A stretch of DNA of 64,000 bases from an uncultured Pseudobdellovibrionaceae bacterium (lineage in GTDB: Bacteria; Bdellovibrionota; Bdellovibrionia; Bdellovibrionales; UBA1609), in assembly GCA_963803705.1 (NCBI GenBank), contig CAWDNU010000001.1, forward strand, positions 544,001-608,000. Reading direction: 5' to 3'. Positions 38,492 to 48,832 of the stretch are shown here, piece after piece. The notes under the pieces were generated by a model, which worked only from the letters and a program-made list of their open reading frames with translations, was not told where the DNA came from and did no database searches. Each line of letters opens with the position of its first letter. Position 1 is the first letter of the stretch. The position numbers and the translations under genes were made by a program.

Positions 38492-40006
38492 CTAAATCCT
38501 AGGAAATAGTGGTTCTGGTTTAGTCACCTGGGATCCGGTTTTAAGTCTGTACCAGGTTTCACATTCATGTTGTGAACTTTTTATGTCAAAAGTATAATTT
38601 AAGCTTTTAAATAGACTTGCCATTTTGTTTTTAAGAATCGGAGACAGCAGTATTGCTGAAATTCTTAGTGCTTCTAATGTATCTCGCAGTACGACTGCAG
38701 CTTTTTCTGGGTTTTCTTTAGCTAGTTTCCAAGGTGCTTGGGCTTCCACAAACTGATTGATTGCTTTAAGGTAACTGATAATTTCTGCGCAGGCATTGTG
38801 TGGTTCATTGCTTAAAATATAGTTCTTAACTTTGAGATACAGACCTACACCGGAATTTTTTAGGTCACTGGATTGATCAGAGCCCTCAGGAATAAGTCCG
38901 TCGTAAAATTTAGCAATTAAATTGGTAGATCTGCTTAGTAAATTTCCTAGCGTATTTGCCAGGTCAGAGTTTACTTTATGAATCACCATTTCTTGTGAGA
39001 AAGGTGCATCATTACCAAATCTGATTTCACTAGTTATATAGTATTTGAAACTTTCTAAGCCAACGTCCTTTACAACCTGTAAAGGATCTAAGACCTCGCC
39101 TTCGGATTTACTCATTTTTTCGCTATCTTTATTTAAAATCCAACCATGTGCAAAAATTTGATCAGGTAGCTTTACTTTAACCGCAAGTAGTAACGTACAC
39201 CAGTAAATGGCATGGGTTATTAAAATATCCTTTCCTAGCACGTGTTGGACAATGGCCTTATTCCACCACTGATCAAACATTTCTTGATCAGTAAACATCC
39301 CAACTGCAGCAGCATAATTACTTAGAGCGTCCACCCACACATAAGTGACGTGATCATTATCGAAGGGGAGAGGTATTCCCCAATGAATTCTTGATTTTGG
39401 ACGACTAATGCTTAGATCTTCTAAAGGTTTAGCCAGAAAACCTAAGACCTCATTTTTTTTACTTTCTGGTTGAATAAAATCTGGATTACTTTGGATATGG
39501 TCTATCAGTTGTTTTTGATATTTCGACATTCTGAAAAAATAATTTTTTTCACTGATTTTTTCGACGGGCTTTCCAGTAGGTGATAATCCATTTACTAAGT
39601 CGTCTTCGGGATAAAATGTTTCGTCGCTAACACAGTACCAACCTTCATAATTTTTTTCGTAAATATCACCCTGCTGATTTAGCTGATTTAGCAAAATTTG
39701 AACAACTTCCTTATGTTTCGGGCTAGTTGTTCGGTAAAAGATATCATATTCGATTCCCAGATCCTTCCAGGTATTTATAAAATTAGAAGCGTACTCATCG
39801 CAATGCTCCTGTGGTGAAACTCCTCGGTTTTCTGATGTCTGCTGGATTTTTTGACCGTGTTCATCTACGCCAGTTAACAATTTAGTTTCAAAACCGATTA
39901 GTTTTCTGTACTGATTTAGGACCTCGGCCATGCAAGTAGCGTAGGCTGTGCCTAAGTGGGGCTTATCATTCACATAGTATAGAGGCGTGGTTGTGTAAAA
40001 TTTCAT
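38492..40006 (-). CDS. metG: methionine--tRNA ligase (short form, no C-terminal tRNA-binding domain)
   Basis: YYVNDKPHLG, GVDEHGQK, YVWVDAL, GKDI, KMSKS. Confidence 0.97.
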   Translation of the reverse strand: MKFYTTTPLYYVNDKPHLGTAYATCMAEVLNQYRKLIGFETKLLTGVDEHGQKIQQTSENRGVSPQEHCDEYASNFINTWKDLGIEYDIFYRTTSPKHKEVVQILLNQLNQQGDIYEKNYEGWYCVSDETFYPEDDLVNGLSPTGKPVEKISEKNYFFRMSKYQKQLIDHIQSNPDFIQPESKKNEVLGFLAKPLEDLSISRPKSRIHWGIPLPFDNDHVTYVWVDALSNYAAAVGMFTDQEMFDQWWNKAIVQHVLGKDILITHAIYWCTLLLAVKVKLPDQIFAHGWILNKDSEKMSKSEGEVLDPLQVVKDVGLESFKYYITSEIRFGNDAPFSQEMVIHKVNSDLANTLGNLLSRSTNLIAKFYDGLIPEGSDQSSDLKNSGVGLYLKVKNYILSNEPHNACAEIISYLKAINQFVEAQAPWKLAKENPEKAAVVLRDTLEALRISAILLSPILKNKMASLFKSLNYTFDIKSSQHECETWYRLKTGSQVTKPEPLFPRI

Positions 40007-40014
40007 CCTAAATA

Positions 40015-41133
40015 TTAATCCTTGTTCAATTTTAAGAGCTTTTTAATACGATCAAGATCTTTTCTGAATTCTAAAATTTTCGACAAGGATGCGGTGGTTT
40101 TCAGATATTCACTAAGTGGTCTTATTGGATACCCACCATATTTGCCAGCTTTCGTCACACTTTTTTGGACGGTTGATATTCCAGCTATTTGAACATTGTC
40201 TGCGATCTTAACGTGACCAGTTACCGTGGTTCGACCACCAGTTACAAAAAAGTTACCAATTTCAGAAGAGCCGGCGATCAAAAATCCAGCTGTTATCAGG
40301 CAAGACTTTCCAATTTTACAGTTGTGAGCAATATGAACAATGTTGTCTATTTTAGTGAAGTCGCCAATGCTGGTTTCACCATATGTCCCTCGGTCAATAA
40401 AACAACCGGCACCTATATGGACATGTTTGCCTAAGTTTACTCTACCAAGGTGTGGAATTGCGTAGTGTTCGCCAACTCTACTTGTTGCAAAACCAAACCC
40501 GTCGCTGCCGATGCATGAGTTCGATTGAATTACGCAAAAGTCACCCGCAATGGTGCCCCAACCTAAGGTGGTATTAGCGTGTATTTCGCAATTAGCCCCT
40601 AAAGAAACTTCCTCTTCAAGTACCGCATTTGAACCTATCTTGCAGTTTGCACCTATTACACTATCTTTACCTATAGTGACGTTAGGTCCTACAAAAACAT
40701 TGTTACCCATCTTAACGGTAGAGTGGACATTTGCCGATGGGTGAATTTTCTGCGCAGAAAACTGAAAGTGTCCATTGATCCTAGGGGCTAAAAAGTATTT
40801 TTGGCTTATAAGGGCCATGGCAAGCTTTGGATTAGGGCTTAGCAACAAGATTACTTTAGATTCTCTTATTAGTTCTAAAATTTCAGATTTAATGTTTAAG
40901 GGTAAGACAACTGCCTTCGGCAAGGTTTTCAGAGATTTAAAGAAATCCAATGAACTTTCTTCTGATGAAAAAACAATGCTGTTAGCCTTTGGATCTTGAA
41001 TCGAGCAAATTTGTTGGATTTCCTCATTCTTTTCATGCTCACTTAATCCATTTGCAGGGCTTACAAGCTCTTTCCAATCGTCGATTAAATTTTGAATTGA
41101 AAATTTTTTAAACTTTTTCGTTATATCGTCCAT
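40015..41133 (-). CDS. lpxD: UDP-3-O-acylglucosamine N-acyltransferase
   Basis: Hexapeptide repeats, IGSDGFGF, IPHLGRV, IDRG, TKIDNIVHIAHN. Confidence 0.95.
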   Translation of the reverse strand: MDDITKKFKKFSIQNLIDDWKELVSPANGLSEHEKNEEIQQICSIQDPKANSIVFSSEESSLDFFKSLKTLPKAVVLPLNIKSEILELIRESKVILLLSPNPKLAMALISQKYFLAPRINGHFQFSAQKIHPSANVHSTVKMGNNVFVGPNVTIGKDSVIGANCKIGSNAVLEEEVSLGANCEIHANTTLGWGTIAGDFCVIQSNSCIGSDGFGFATSRVGEHYAIPHLGRVNLGKHVHIGAGCFIDRGTYGETSIGDFTKIDNIVHIAHNCKIGKSCLITAGFLIAGSSEIGNFFVTGGRTTVTGHVKIADNVQIAGISTVQKSVTKAGKYGGYPIRPLSEYLKTTASLSKILEFRKDLDRIKKLLKLNKD

Positions 41134-41324
41134 ATTAAGCCTATTTCTTGAACTTAGTAATCGAGTTTAATAAATTTGGCGGGTAAAGCCTTTGCTCCCA
41201 CGAGCTATTAATAAATAATTCTATAAGAGTTACCAACTCATAGCTCTATACCTCTAGTCAAGAGCCCAAGTTTGTTGTATCTTGATTCAAAATTAACGCT
41301 TCGTTTAAAGCAAGAGGGTGCACT

Positions 41325-41801
41325 ATGGCCGCTAAAAAAGCGACTAAAAAGAAAAGTACTAAAAAAGCCACTACAAAAAAAACTGTAGCTAAAAAAACTA
41401 AAGTTAAATCTGCAAAAGCTGATACCAGCAAGAAGAAAACGAAAGTCAAAGCTTCTACAACTAAAGTTAAGTCAAAAGCTAAATCGAAAGACGAAACTGA
41501 AACGCCGTCCACTTTAGCGGTTAAAGCTAAGAAAAAGACCGTCAAGAAGAAGCGCTTAACTAAAAAGCAAGTCGCGGAACAGACAGAGCGCGACGAGCTG
41601 ACCGAAAAGTGGGCTAAGCTTAAAGATATTGATCATGAAGTAAAAGCACAGAAGTATAAAATGTCTGAAGCTTACGCGCCTAATACTCCTATCGACCACC
41701 CAATGTTTGGTTGGGGCTTCGTGCTTTCTTTGAATGAAAATAAACTTGAAGTTTTATTTGAGTCCGGCATAAAGATGCTCGTTTCAAATTATAGCAATTA
41801 A
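41325..41801 (+). CDS. histone-H1-like Lys/Ala/Thr-rich protein with small C-terminal beta domain
   Basis: MAAKKATKKKSTKKATTKK...; C-terminal IDHPMFGWGFV......KLEVLFESGIKML. Confidence 0.75.
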   Translation: MAAKKATKKKSTKKATTKKTVAKKTKVKSAKADTSKKKTKVKASTTKVKSKAKSKDETETPSTLAVKAKKKTVKKKRLTKKQVAEQTERDELTEKWAKLKDIDHEVKAQKYKMSEAYAPNTPIDHPMFGWGFVLSLNENKLEVLFESGIKMLVSNYSN

Positions 41802-41833
41802 TTATTAATACTAAATTTAAAAGGTTAGGTTGA

Positions 41834-42052
41834 ATGGCTAAAGATGATCTCGCTCAAATTGAAGGTAAAGTTACTGATGCAGGTGCGGGCGGTCTATACA
41901 AAATAGAATTGGAAAACGGCGTGTCTGTTAAGGCTAAGCTTTGTGGTAAAATGCGAAGGTTTAACATCCGTGTGGTTGTGGGTGATAAGGTTACTGTAGG
42001 AGTATCCCCTTACGATCCCACCCATGGCTTAATTATGTATAGGCACAAGTGA
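41834..42052 (+). CDS. infA: translation initiation factor IF-1
   Basis: MAKDD...EGKV...LENG....GKMRRFNIRVVVGDKVTV..SPYD...G.IMYR. Confidence 0.97.
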   Translation: MAKDDLAQIEGKVTDAGAGGLYKIELENGVSVKAKLCGKMRRFNIRVVVGDKVTVGVSPYDPTHGLIMYRHK

Positions 42053-42090
42053 ATATTCTTTTAATTTAATCACCCATAACGAGTTACCAT

Positions 42091-44493
42091 ATGAACCTTC
42101 TAAATCAATTTGTAGCTGCAAAAACAAACTTCAGTTTATCAGACAATCAAATCAACTGTATTCAGATGATCGACAAGGGTGCCTCGTTAGAGGAAGTGCT
42201 TTTGTCAGTCCGTCAGACAAACTTAAATATCCCTTATTGGCAAATAGACCTTTTTGAATCTGTAATCAGAGATTTTAAAGATTTCGACAAGAAAAAGCAA
42301 AAATATGTTTCTGATGTTTTACATCAGAATATTGAAAACAAAGAAGAGGTCGTAACATCGTTAAATTCAACGCTAAGCAGTTCTGAATTAGAAGATGCCT
42401 ACCGTCCATTCAAACGAAGGAAGAAAACAAAAGCAACACTTGCTAGGGAAGCAGGGCTGGCAGAACTGGCCGATTGGATTTTAGATATTGCTTATGGGAA
42501 ACAATATTCCGATATCAGTTTAGAAGTTAAGGCCAAAGAATACATAAAGCCTGCACTGGGATTTGTGACCTACGACACCGTTTTAAAGGGTGCCCAAGAT
42601 ATTATAGTAGACCGCTTGCTTAAAAAATCTGAAATACGTCAGAAACTTAGTCAGCTCTATTATAAAGACGCTTTTCTAAAAGTAGAAAAGTCGGATAAAT
42701 TTAAAAACTCGAAGTATAACACTTTATTAGCATTTAAAGAGAAAGTTTCTGCTCTATTGGAATCAAAAAACTATTTTAAATTCCCACTGGTAAAAAAAGC
42801 TTGGGAAGAGTCCCAGGTCAAAGTTTTACTTGAAGTTGATAAATCAGGCGTGGTTGAAAGTCTTAGGTCTGAAACACTAATGTTGTCTAAAAACAGTCCA
42901 TGGTCAGGTTTTGTAAATGAAGCTTTTTTTAAAGCAATAGATATCCATATTATTCCTTCTATCACGCAAGAAATAATGGAAGAGCTTTTGATCGTTTCGG
43001 AAAATGAAACTATCAAAAGGCTTAAACAGGATTATTTGAAAATACTGCTGACACCTGCATTCGGGGAAAAACCTGTTCTTAGTTTTACTCAGGTTAAAGA
43101 AGACAAGTTCGAGATGGCTCTAATTACAGAAGTTGGTGAATTGGTTTCAGCCACCACGGTAAAACTTGATCAAGAAAGCTCCAAAGCAGATTTTTCAAAA
43201 TTGGTAGAGGGCATTGCTAACCAAATTCAACTTGGGGCCATCGCAATTGGGCTTAGTCCCCTAGCAAGGACTACTGAGAAATTTATTTTAAGCGCGTTCA
43301 ATGATGATCCTAAAAAGCTTCCAGCGCCGATTGCGTTCGTAGACATGCGAGGGGTTTCCTCTTATGTGCACAAATGTTTCGAGGCTGATAAATCCAAATC
43401 AAGAATGGAATATACGCTTCTTACTGTTGCTCGTAGAATGCAAGATCCTCTTATGGAACTTGCTAAATATTCTGGGAAGTCGCTACTAGATATTCCACCT
43501 TACGTGAGTAACGAAAAACTTTTACCCGAGTTAGATAAGGTCTTAAGATTCTGCTTATCCGCAGTGGGTTTAGATATTAATAAGGCCGAAAGGATACATT
43601 TAGGTTTGGTACCTGGTGTGTCGGTCGAAGCCCAAGATGCGATTCTAAAATTTAGAACAGAAAAATCAAGATTTGTCGAAAAGTCTCAACTTCGAACTGA
43701 CCTTGGAATGTCTGAAGAAGAATATGACCTATGCTCTTCTTTTTTGAAGGTTCCAATTTCTAAATCAATTTTAGATAAGACTCAGCTTTCCGGAAAGGAC
43801 TTTCCAGCTATTAAAGATTTTTTAAAAGATCAACAGATGTCACTTCCGTTAGACATGACTAGTGAGAAAGAGGTTGAAGTCATGGGCTCTAAATGGAGCT
43901 CTATTTTTGGTCAAGAAAAACTAAAATTTATACTCAAAGAGCTTAGAAACCCTTACTCGGATCCCAGAAGAGCCTACAAATTTTTTGGGTTTAGTAATAC
44001 GCTTAAAAAATTAGAAGATATTAAAATCGGTTGGAATTACCCGGGCTTGGTGACAAAGTTTTCAAGCTTCGGAGCTTTTGTAGACATTGGTGTTGGACAA
44101 GAAGGCCTGGTGCATTTAAGTGAACTTTCAAGTGAATATGTTTCAGATCCGCGAAAAGTTTTAGGTGTTGGCGAATGGATTTATGTTCACGTAGTTGATG
44201 TAAAAGCAGATAAAAAGTTAATTTCATTATCTAAAATTAAAGCTGAGAAACGCCCTAGTCGGAAAGTCACTAACCGCACTGATGATGCAAAAACAAAGAA
44301 AAATAGTTTTAGTAAAACTGCCAGATTCGATGAGTCAAAAAATTCAAAAACTAATTACAAAAACAAAAATTATAAGGGCAAACTAACCTCTGGCTCTAAA
44401 CCTAATTCTTCTGGAGCTAATAAAAAAAGGGCTCCAAGAACTCCATTCAACAACCCTTTCGCGGCTTTATCCGACATTAATTTAAAAGAGTAA
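42091..44493 (+). CDS. Tex-like transcription accessory protein with C-terminal S1 domain
   Basis: ELEDAYRPFKRRKKTKATLAREAGL, ARRMQDPLMELAK, HhH motif, S1 FGAFVDIGVGQEGLVHLSELS, FNNPFAAL. Confidence 0.9.
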   Translation: MNLLNQFVAAKTNFSLSDNQINCIQMIDKGASLEEVLLSVRQTNLNIPYWQIDLFESVIRDFKDFDKKKQKYVSDVLHQNIENKEEVVTSLNSTLSSSELEDAYRPFKRRKKTKATLAREAGLAELADWILDIAYGKQYSDISLEVKAKEYIKPALGFVTYDTVLKGAQDIIVDRLLKKSEIRQKLSQLYYKDAFLKVEKSDKFKNSKYNTLLAFKEKVSALLESKNYFKFPLVKKAWEESQVKVLLEVDKSGVVESLRSETLMLSKNSPWSGFVNEAFFKAIDIHIIPSITQEIMEELLIVSENETIKRLKQDYLKILLTPAFGEKPVLSFTQVKEDKFEMALITEVGELVSATTVKLDQESSKADFSKLVEGIANQIQLGAIAIGLSPLARTTEKFILSAFNDDPKKLPAPIAFVDMRGVSSYVHKCFEADKSKSRMEYTLLTVARRMQDPLMELAKYSGKSLLDIPPYVSNEKLLPELDKVLRFCLSAVGLDINKAERIHLGLVPGVSVEAQDAILKFRTEKSRFVEKSQLRTDLGMSEEEYDLCSSFLKVPISKSILDKTQLSGKDFPAIKDFLKDQQMSLPLDMTSEKEVEVMGSKWSSIFGQEKLKFILKELRNPYSDPRRAYKFFGFSNTLKKLEDIKIGWNYPGLVTKFSSFGAFVDIGVGQEGLVHLSELSSEYVSDPRKVLGVGEWIYVHVVDVKADKKLISLSKIKAEKRPSRKVTNRTDDAKTKKNSFSKTARFDESKNSKTNYKNKNYKGKLTSGSKPNSSGANKKRAPRTPFNNPFAALSDINLKE

Positions 44494-44496
44494 TCC

Positions 44497-44880
44497 ATGA
44501 AACTTGTTTTTCTAATCTTTATTCTGTCTGCGCCACTGGTCACTTTTGCTAGCGGTTCCAAGAGCGTTAAGACTTTTAAAAATTATTTGAAACAGGCCCG
44601 TAAAGAGTATTCAAAAACCCAGAGATCACTTATCAATGGTGGCGATTCTTTTCTGAAAAGGCATACAGTTTCTGCTGAAAAACTTTCTTTGGCTGAAATG
44701 CTGCCGCTTTCCCGCAGGGAACTTGCTTCATTCTGTAGAGGCTACTCTGGTAAAATTTTAAAGTATTATAATGTAGATAATCCCGCGCAGCTGCGAGCTT
44801 TGAAAAGCTCTGTATTTACCGAATATAATAAAATGGTCGCTTTGCAGTGTCGAGACTTCCAGATTAAATCTAAAAAATAA
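44497..44880 (+). CDS. hypothetical exported basic protein
   Basis: Signal peptide ending TFA; two Cys. Confidence 0.65.
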   Translation: MKLVFLIFILSAPLVTFASGSKSVKTFKNYLKQARKEYSKTQRSLINGGDSFLKRHTVSAEKLSLAEMLPLSRRELASFCRGYSGKILKYYNVDNPAQLRALKSSVFTEYNKMVALQCRDFQIKSKK

Positions 44881-44910
44881 CCGCGGTACTACAATCGTCT
44901 GTTTTAGAAT

Positions 44911-45702
44911 CTAGATTAGGTATTTTGTAAGTTCCTGAAAGCCATATCCGCCTTTTTTTGAGCATAAATACTCTGGTGGAAATGTAAACTGATCCAATTG
45001 TGTCTCAATATTTTTTACTCCCACAGTATAATCAAAAAATTTGAACATAGGCTCATCGTTTAGTGAGTCACCGACGAACAGCACTTTTTCTTTAAGATCA
45101 GCTTCACTAGTCAGGTCCCATCTGTCTTTAAGAAATGCCAAGGACGTTGACAACTTGTCGTGGTCGCCAAACCATCCGTTTACGTGAATAGAACTTACCT
45201 TAGCTTTAGCGCCATGATTATGAAAGATTCTAACGATTTTATTTATGCAGGATTGAGGAAGTGGAGCAACATCTTCACAGTAATCAACAGCAAGATCAAC
45301 AGCTCTGCTGAACTGGTCGGAGGCTATCGCAGAACCAGAAACCTCTTCGAGTATTTCTACTTTGATTTGTGCCAACTTTTTCTGATTGGCATCTCGTTCT
45401 TTTTCCGTCTGAGAGAAACTTCGGTTCATCTTTTTTTTATCGTAATAGAAATAAAAAGCACCGTTTTCACCAACCACTCCCTCAACGGGCCAGAATCTAG
45501 CGATCATTTCACACCAACCTGCGGGGCGTCCAGTGATAGGCACAACATTGTAGCCCGCGCGCTTTAGAAGCCATAAAGAGTCATAAGCTTCAGAAAACAA
45601 CTTGCCTTCATTGGTTAATGTGTCATCAATGTCACAAAGAACATATTTTATTTTTTTGTTGTCGAGCTGACTTAAATTTTTAAAATTTTTGCCTTGAGTC
45701 AT
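44911..45702 (-). CDS. HAD-IIB family hydrolase
   Basis: DIDDTL, ITGRPAGW, GENG, VGDSLND. Confidence 0.9.
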   Translation of the reverse strand: MTQGKNFKNLSQLDNKKIKYVLCDIDDTLTNEGKLFSEAYDSLWLLKRAGYNVVPITGRPAGWCEMIARFWPVEGVVGENGAFYFYYDKKKMNRSFSQTEKERDANQKKLAQIKVEILEEVSGSAIASDQFSRAVDLAVDYCEDVAPLPQSCINKIVRIFHNHGAKAKVSSIHVNGWFGDHDKLSTSLAFLKDRWDLTSEADLKEKVLFVGDSLNDEPMFKFFDYTVGVKNIETQLDQFTFPPEYLCSKKGGYGFQELTKYLI

Positions 45703-45823
45703 AAATCCTCTTGCGTTAATGAGTTGAAGAACTTTATTTTAAAGCTAAGTGCAAAATTTATATTACAGTGAACTAGGAAATTTAAACATTAAAATTTCAA
45801 AAAATTTATAACTAGAGGTAGAA

Positions 45824-48592
45824 GTGGCGAAATCAGTACAAGGTAAAACATTAGTCATCGTTGAGTCGCCGACCAAAGCGAAAACAATTAGAAAGTTTTT
45901 AACTAAAGACTACGTGGTTGAATCTTGCATGGGTCATATTCGAGATTTGCCTCAGTCAGCCAAAGATATTCCAGAAAAGTATAAAAAACAATCCTGGTCT
46001 CGATTAGGTGTTAATGTAGATAAGAATTTTGATCCGATATACTGTGTTCCAAAAAATAAGACCAAGATTGTCACCTTGCTGAAGTCGTTGGTTAAAGATG
46101 CTGACGAAATCATTCTGGCTACCGATGAAGACCGAGAGGGTGAAAGTATAAGCTGGCATCTTTTAGAAGTATTAAAGCCTAAAGTTCCAATTAAGCGAAT
46201 GGTTTTTCACGAAATCACAAAAGAAGCTATTTTAAAAAGTTTGAAAGAAGTAAGGGATATTGATTACAATATGGTTCGGGCTCAGGAAGCCCGTAGGATA
46301 TTAGATAGATTGGTAGGCTATACGATTTCACCTATTTTATGGAAAAAAGTGGCTTATGGTCTTTCTGCTGGTCGAGTGCAATCGGTTGCGGTACGCCTAA
46401 TTTCAGAGCGTGAGCATGAACGAATTAGATTTGTTAAGTCTAAATACGGAAGTCTACTTGGTAACGCTTTGAAAGAAAAAGAGCTTTTTCCAGTGCGTCT
46501 TAATAGTTATAAAAGTAAGAAGCTTGCAATCGGAAAAGATTTTGACGAACTTACAGGAGATCTTAAACCTGAGCGATCTTCGAAAGTAATCGTATTAGAT
46601 GAAAAAGTAGCTGATAAAATTAAATCTTTAATCAAAAATGAAAATTTGAAGGTCGTTGATGTAGATCAAAAACCTGTTAGTCGTAAGCCAGCAGCTCCAT
46701 TTATAACATCAACCTTGCAGCAAGAAGCCAACAGAAAATTAGGACTCTCGTCTAGAGAGGCCATGCAAGTTGCACAAAAACTTTATGAGCAAGGTTTGAT
46801 TACTTATATGAGAACAGACTCTACGTTTTTATCTAAACAGGCTTTGGATGCGTCGAGAAAAGCGATTAAAAATTTGTATGGTGCTAAATTTGTACCTGAC
46901 AGTCCAAGAGATTACTCATCTAAGAAATCTAAAGGAGCCCAAGAGGCTCATGAAGCTATCAGACCTTCCGGAACAGAATTTGTTAAGCCAGATGAATCCG
47001 GTTTATCTGGTGTACAGCTAAAACTATATGATTTGATTTGGAAAAGAACCGTTGCTTCTCAAATGGTTAACGCTGAACAGAAGCAAGTTAGCGTTAAATT
47101 ACAAGCTTCTGATACAGAGTGGAACGCTTCTGGAATGACGATTACATTTGCAGGTTTTTTAAAGGCTTACGTTGAAGGTTTTGACGATCCTGAAGCACAA
47201 CTTTCTGATCGTGAGGTCCACTTACCAGAATTAAAAGTTGGCGACCAGATAAAGGTAAAAGACTACAAGTTTAACCAGCACGAAACGAAGCCTCCTGCGC
47301 GTTTTACAGAAGCAAGCCTTGTTCAAAAGTTAGAAAAAGAAGGTGTTGGTCGACCATCAACATACGCATCGATTATCGGCACCATTCAAGATCGTGGTTA
47401 CGTAAAAAAAGTTGGAAATCAGCTTCAGCCTACTTTCACGGCTTTAATTGTTAGCCAGTTGTTGAAAAAGTTTTTTCCAGATTATGTTGATCTAAGTTTT
47501 ACATCCTCTATGGAAGACTCTTTAGATGAAATTGCGTCCGGCGATAAGGATTGGTTAGACTATTTAAGTTCAGTGTATTTAGGAAAAACAGGCTTAAGAG
47601 AGCTTGTTGAAACCAAAGAGGATCTAATTGATCCTGAAGAGTCAAGATCTATAACTTTAAAGGGTTTAGAAGATTATAGTTTCAGGGTAGGAAGGTATGG
47701 TGCATATGTGTGTCGAACTGAAGTTGATGGCACTGAAGTATGTGCTTCGCTTCCGGAAGAAAGTGCGCCAGCAGATGTTTCTGGTGAGACCGCAGATAAA
47801 CTTATTGATTTGAAAATTAATGGTGCTGATTCAATGGGTAAGGATCCTGAAACAGGTCTGCCAGTTTATATTTTAACTGGAAGATACGGGCCCTATGTTC
47901 AACTAGGTGATGCCACTGATGAAGAGCAAAAACCTAAAAGGGTCTCGATACCACCTAACATAGATCACGAGACCGTAGACTTTGAGACAGCTTTGAAATA
48001 CCTTTCACTACCCATTGCTTTAGGCACAAATCCATCTACAGAAAAAGAAATTAAAGCAAGTATAGGACGCTTTGGACCTTATATAGTTCACGATGGCGAC
48101 TTTAGGTCTGTACCCAAAGACATGAATATCTTTGAGATAAATTTAGAAGGTGCACTAGAACTTTTATCCAGACCAAAGAAAGGCCGTGGAAAAGCCAGTG
48201 CTATAAAATCCCTAGGAGAGCACCCAGTGGCTAAAAAAGTTATGGAGGTTTTTAACGGCAAATATGGTCCTTACATTAAATGCGGCAAAGTAAACGTTTC
48301 TGTACCAGAAGATATCGGTGTGGACGGTATAACTGCAGAAAAAGCCATCGAACTTTTTGAAGTCAAAATTGATGACTTAAAAGCAGGTGCTGCAAGTTCG
48401 AAGAAAACTACAAAAAAAACTAAAAAGAAAAAATCCAAAGCTAAAAAAAAGAAAACCGCAAAAAAAACAGCTGATAAAGTAACAAGTCCTAAGTCCAAAG
48501 CTATAACAAATAAAACGAAAACGAAAATGAAAACCTCTACTTCGAAAGAGTCTTCTGGACAAAAAGTTGTTTTAAGGAAAAAAAAGAAATAG
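45824..48592 (+). CDS. topA: type IA DNA topoisomerase I with Zn-free C-terminal repeats and Lys-rich tail
   Basis: IVESPTKAKTI, ATDEDREGE, AGRVQS, ITYMRTDS, GRPSTY; four G(R/K)(Y/F)G(P/A)Y repeats. Confidence 0.97.
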   Translation: MAKSVQGKTLVIVESPTKAKTIRKFLTKDYVVESCMGHIRDLPQSAKDIPEKYKKQSWSRLGVNVDKNFDPIYCVPKNKTKIVTLLKSLVKDADEIILATDEDREGESISWHLLEVLKPKVPIKRMVFHEITKEAILKSLKEVRDIDYNMVRAQEARRILDRLVGYTISPILWKKVAYGLSAGRVQSVAVRLISEREHERIRFVKSKYGSLLGNALKEKELFPVRLNSYKSKKLAIGKDFDELTGDLKPERSSKVIVLDEKVADKIKSLIKNENLKVVDVDQKPVSRKPAAPFITSTLQQEANRKLGLSSREAMQVAQKLYEQGLITYMRTDSTFLSKQALDASRKAIKNLYGAKFVPDSPRDYSSKKSKGAQEAHEAIRPSGTEFVKPDESGLSGVQLKLYDLIWKRTVASQMVNAEQKQVSVKLQASDTEWNASGMTITFAGFLKAYVEGFDDPEAQLSDREVHLPELKVGDQIKVKDYKFNQHETKPPARFTEASLVQKLEKEGVGRPSTYASIIGTIQDRGYVKKVGNQLQPTFTALIVSQLLKKFFPDYVDLSFTSSMEDSLDEIASGDKDWLDYLSSVYLGKTGLRELVETKEDLIDPEESRSITLKGLEDYSFRVGRYGAYVCRTEVDGTEVCASLPEESAPADVSGETADKLIDLKINGADSMGKDPETGLPVYILTGRYGPYVQLGDATDEEQKPKRVSIPPNIDHETVDFETALKYLSLPIALGTNPSTEKEIKASIGRFGPYIVHDGDFRSVPKDMNIFEINLEGALELLSRPKKGRGKASAIKSLGEHPVAKKVMEVFNGKYGPYIKCGKVNVSVPEDIGVDGITAEKAIELFEVKIDDLKAGAASSKKTTKKTKKKKSKAKKKKTAKKTADKVTSPKSKAITNKTKTKMKTSTSKESSGQKVVLRKKKK

Positions 48593-48832
48593 ATAAGGCG
48601 ACGGGCATTAAGTTACTGTTAACTTTCTAGTTAAGTGATTTTTAACATCAACAAAACATACTCTGACAAAGTCACTTACTTCGTATTACTAGCCCATGGT
48701 CATTTTTGATAATAAGTACGGCCAAAGGGCTTAGCTTGCTCTTCGGTACTATATATTATGGCACTTTTGGTAATATACTGTTATTTTGCATCTAATAAAT
48801 GTACAGCTAAATCATAATTTTAAGGAGCGAGT

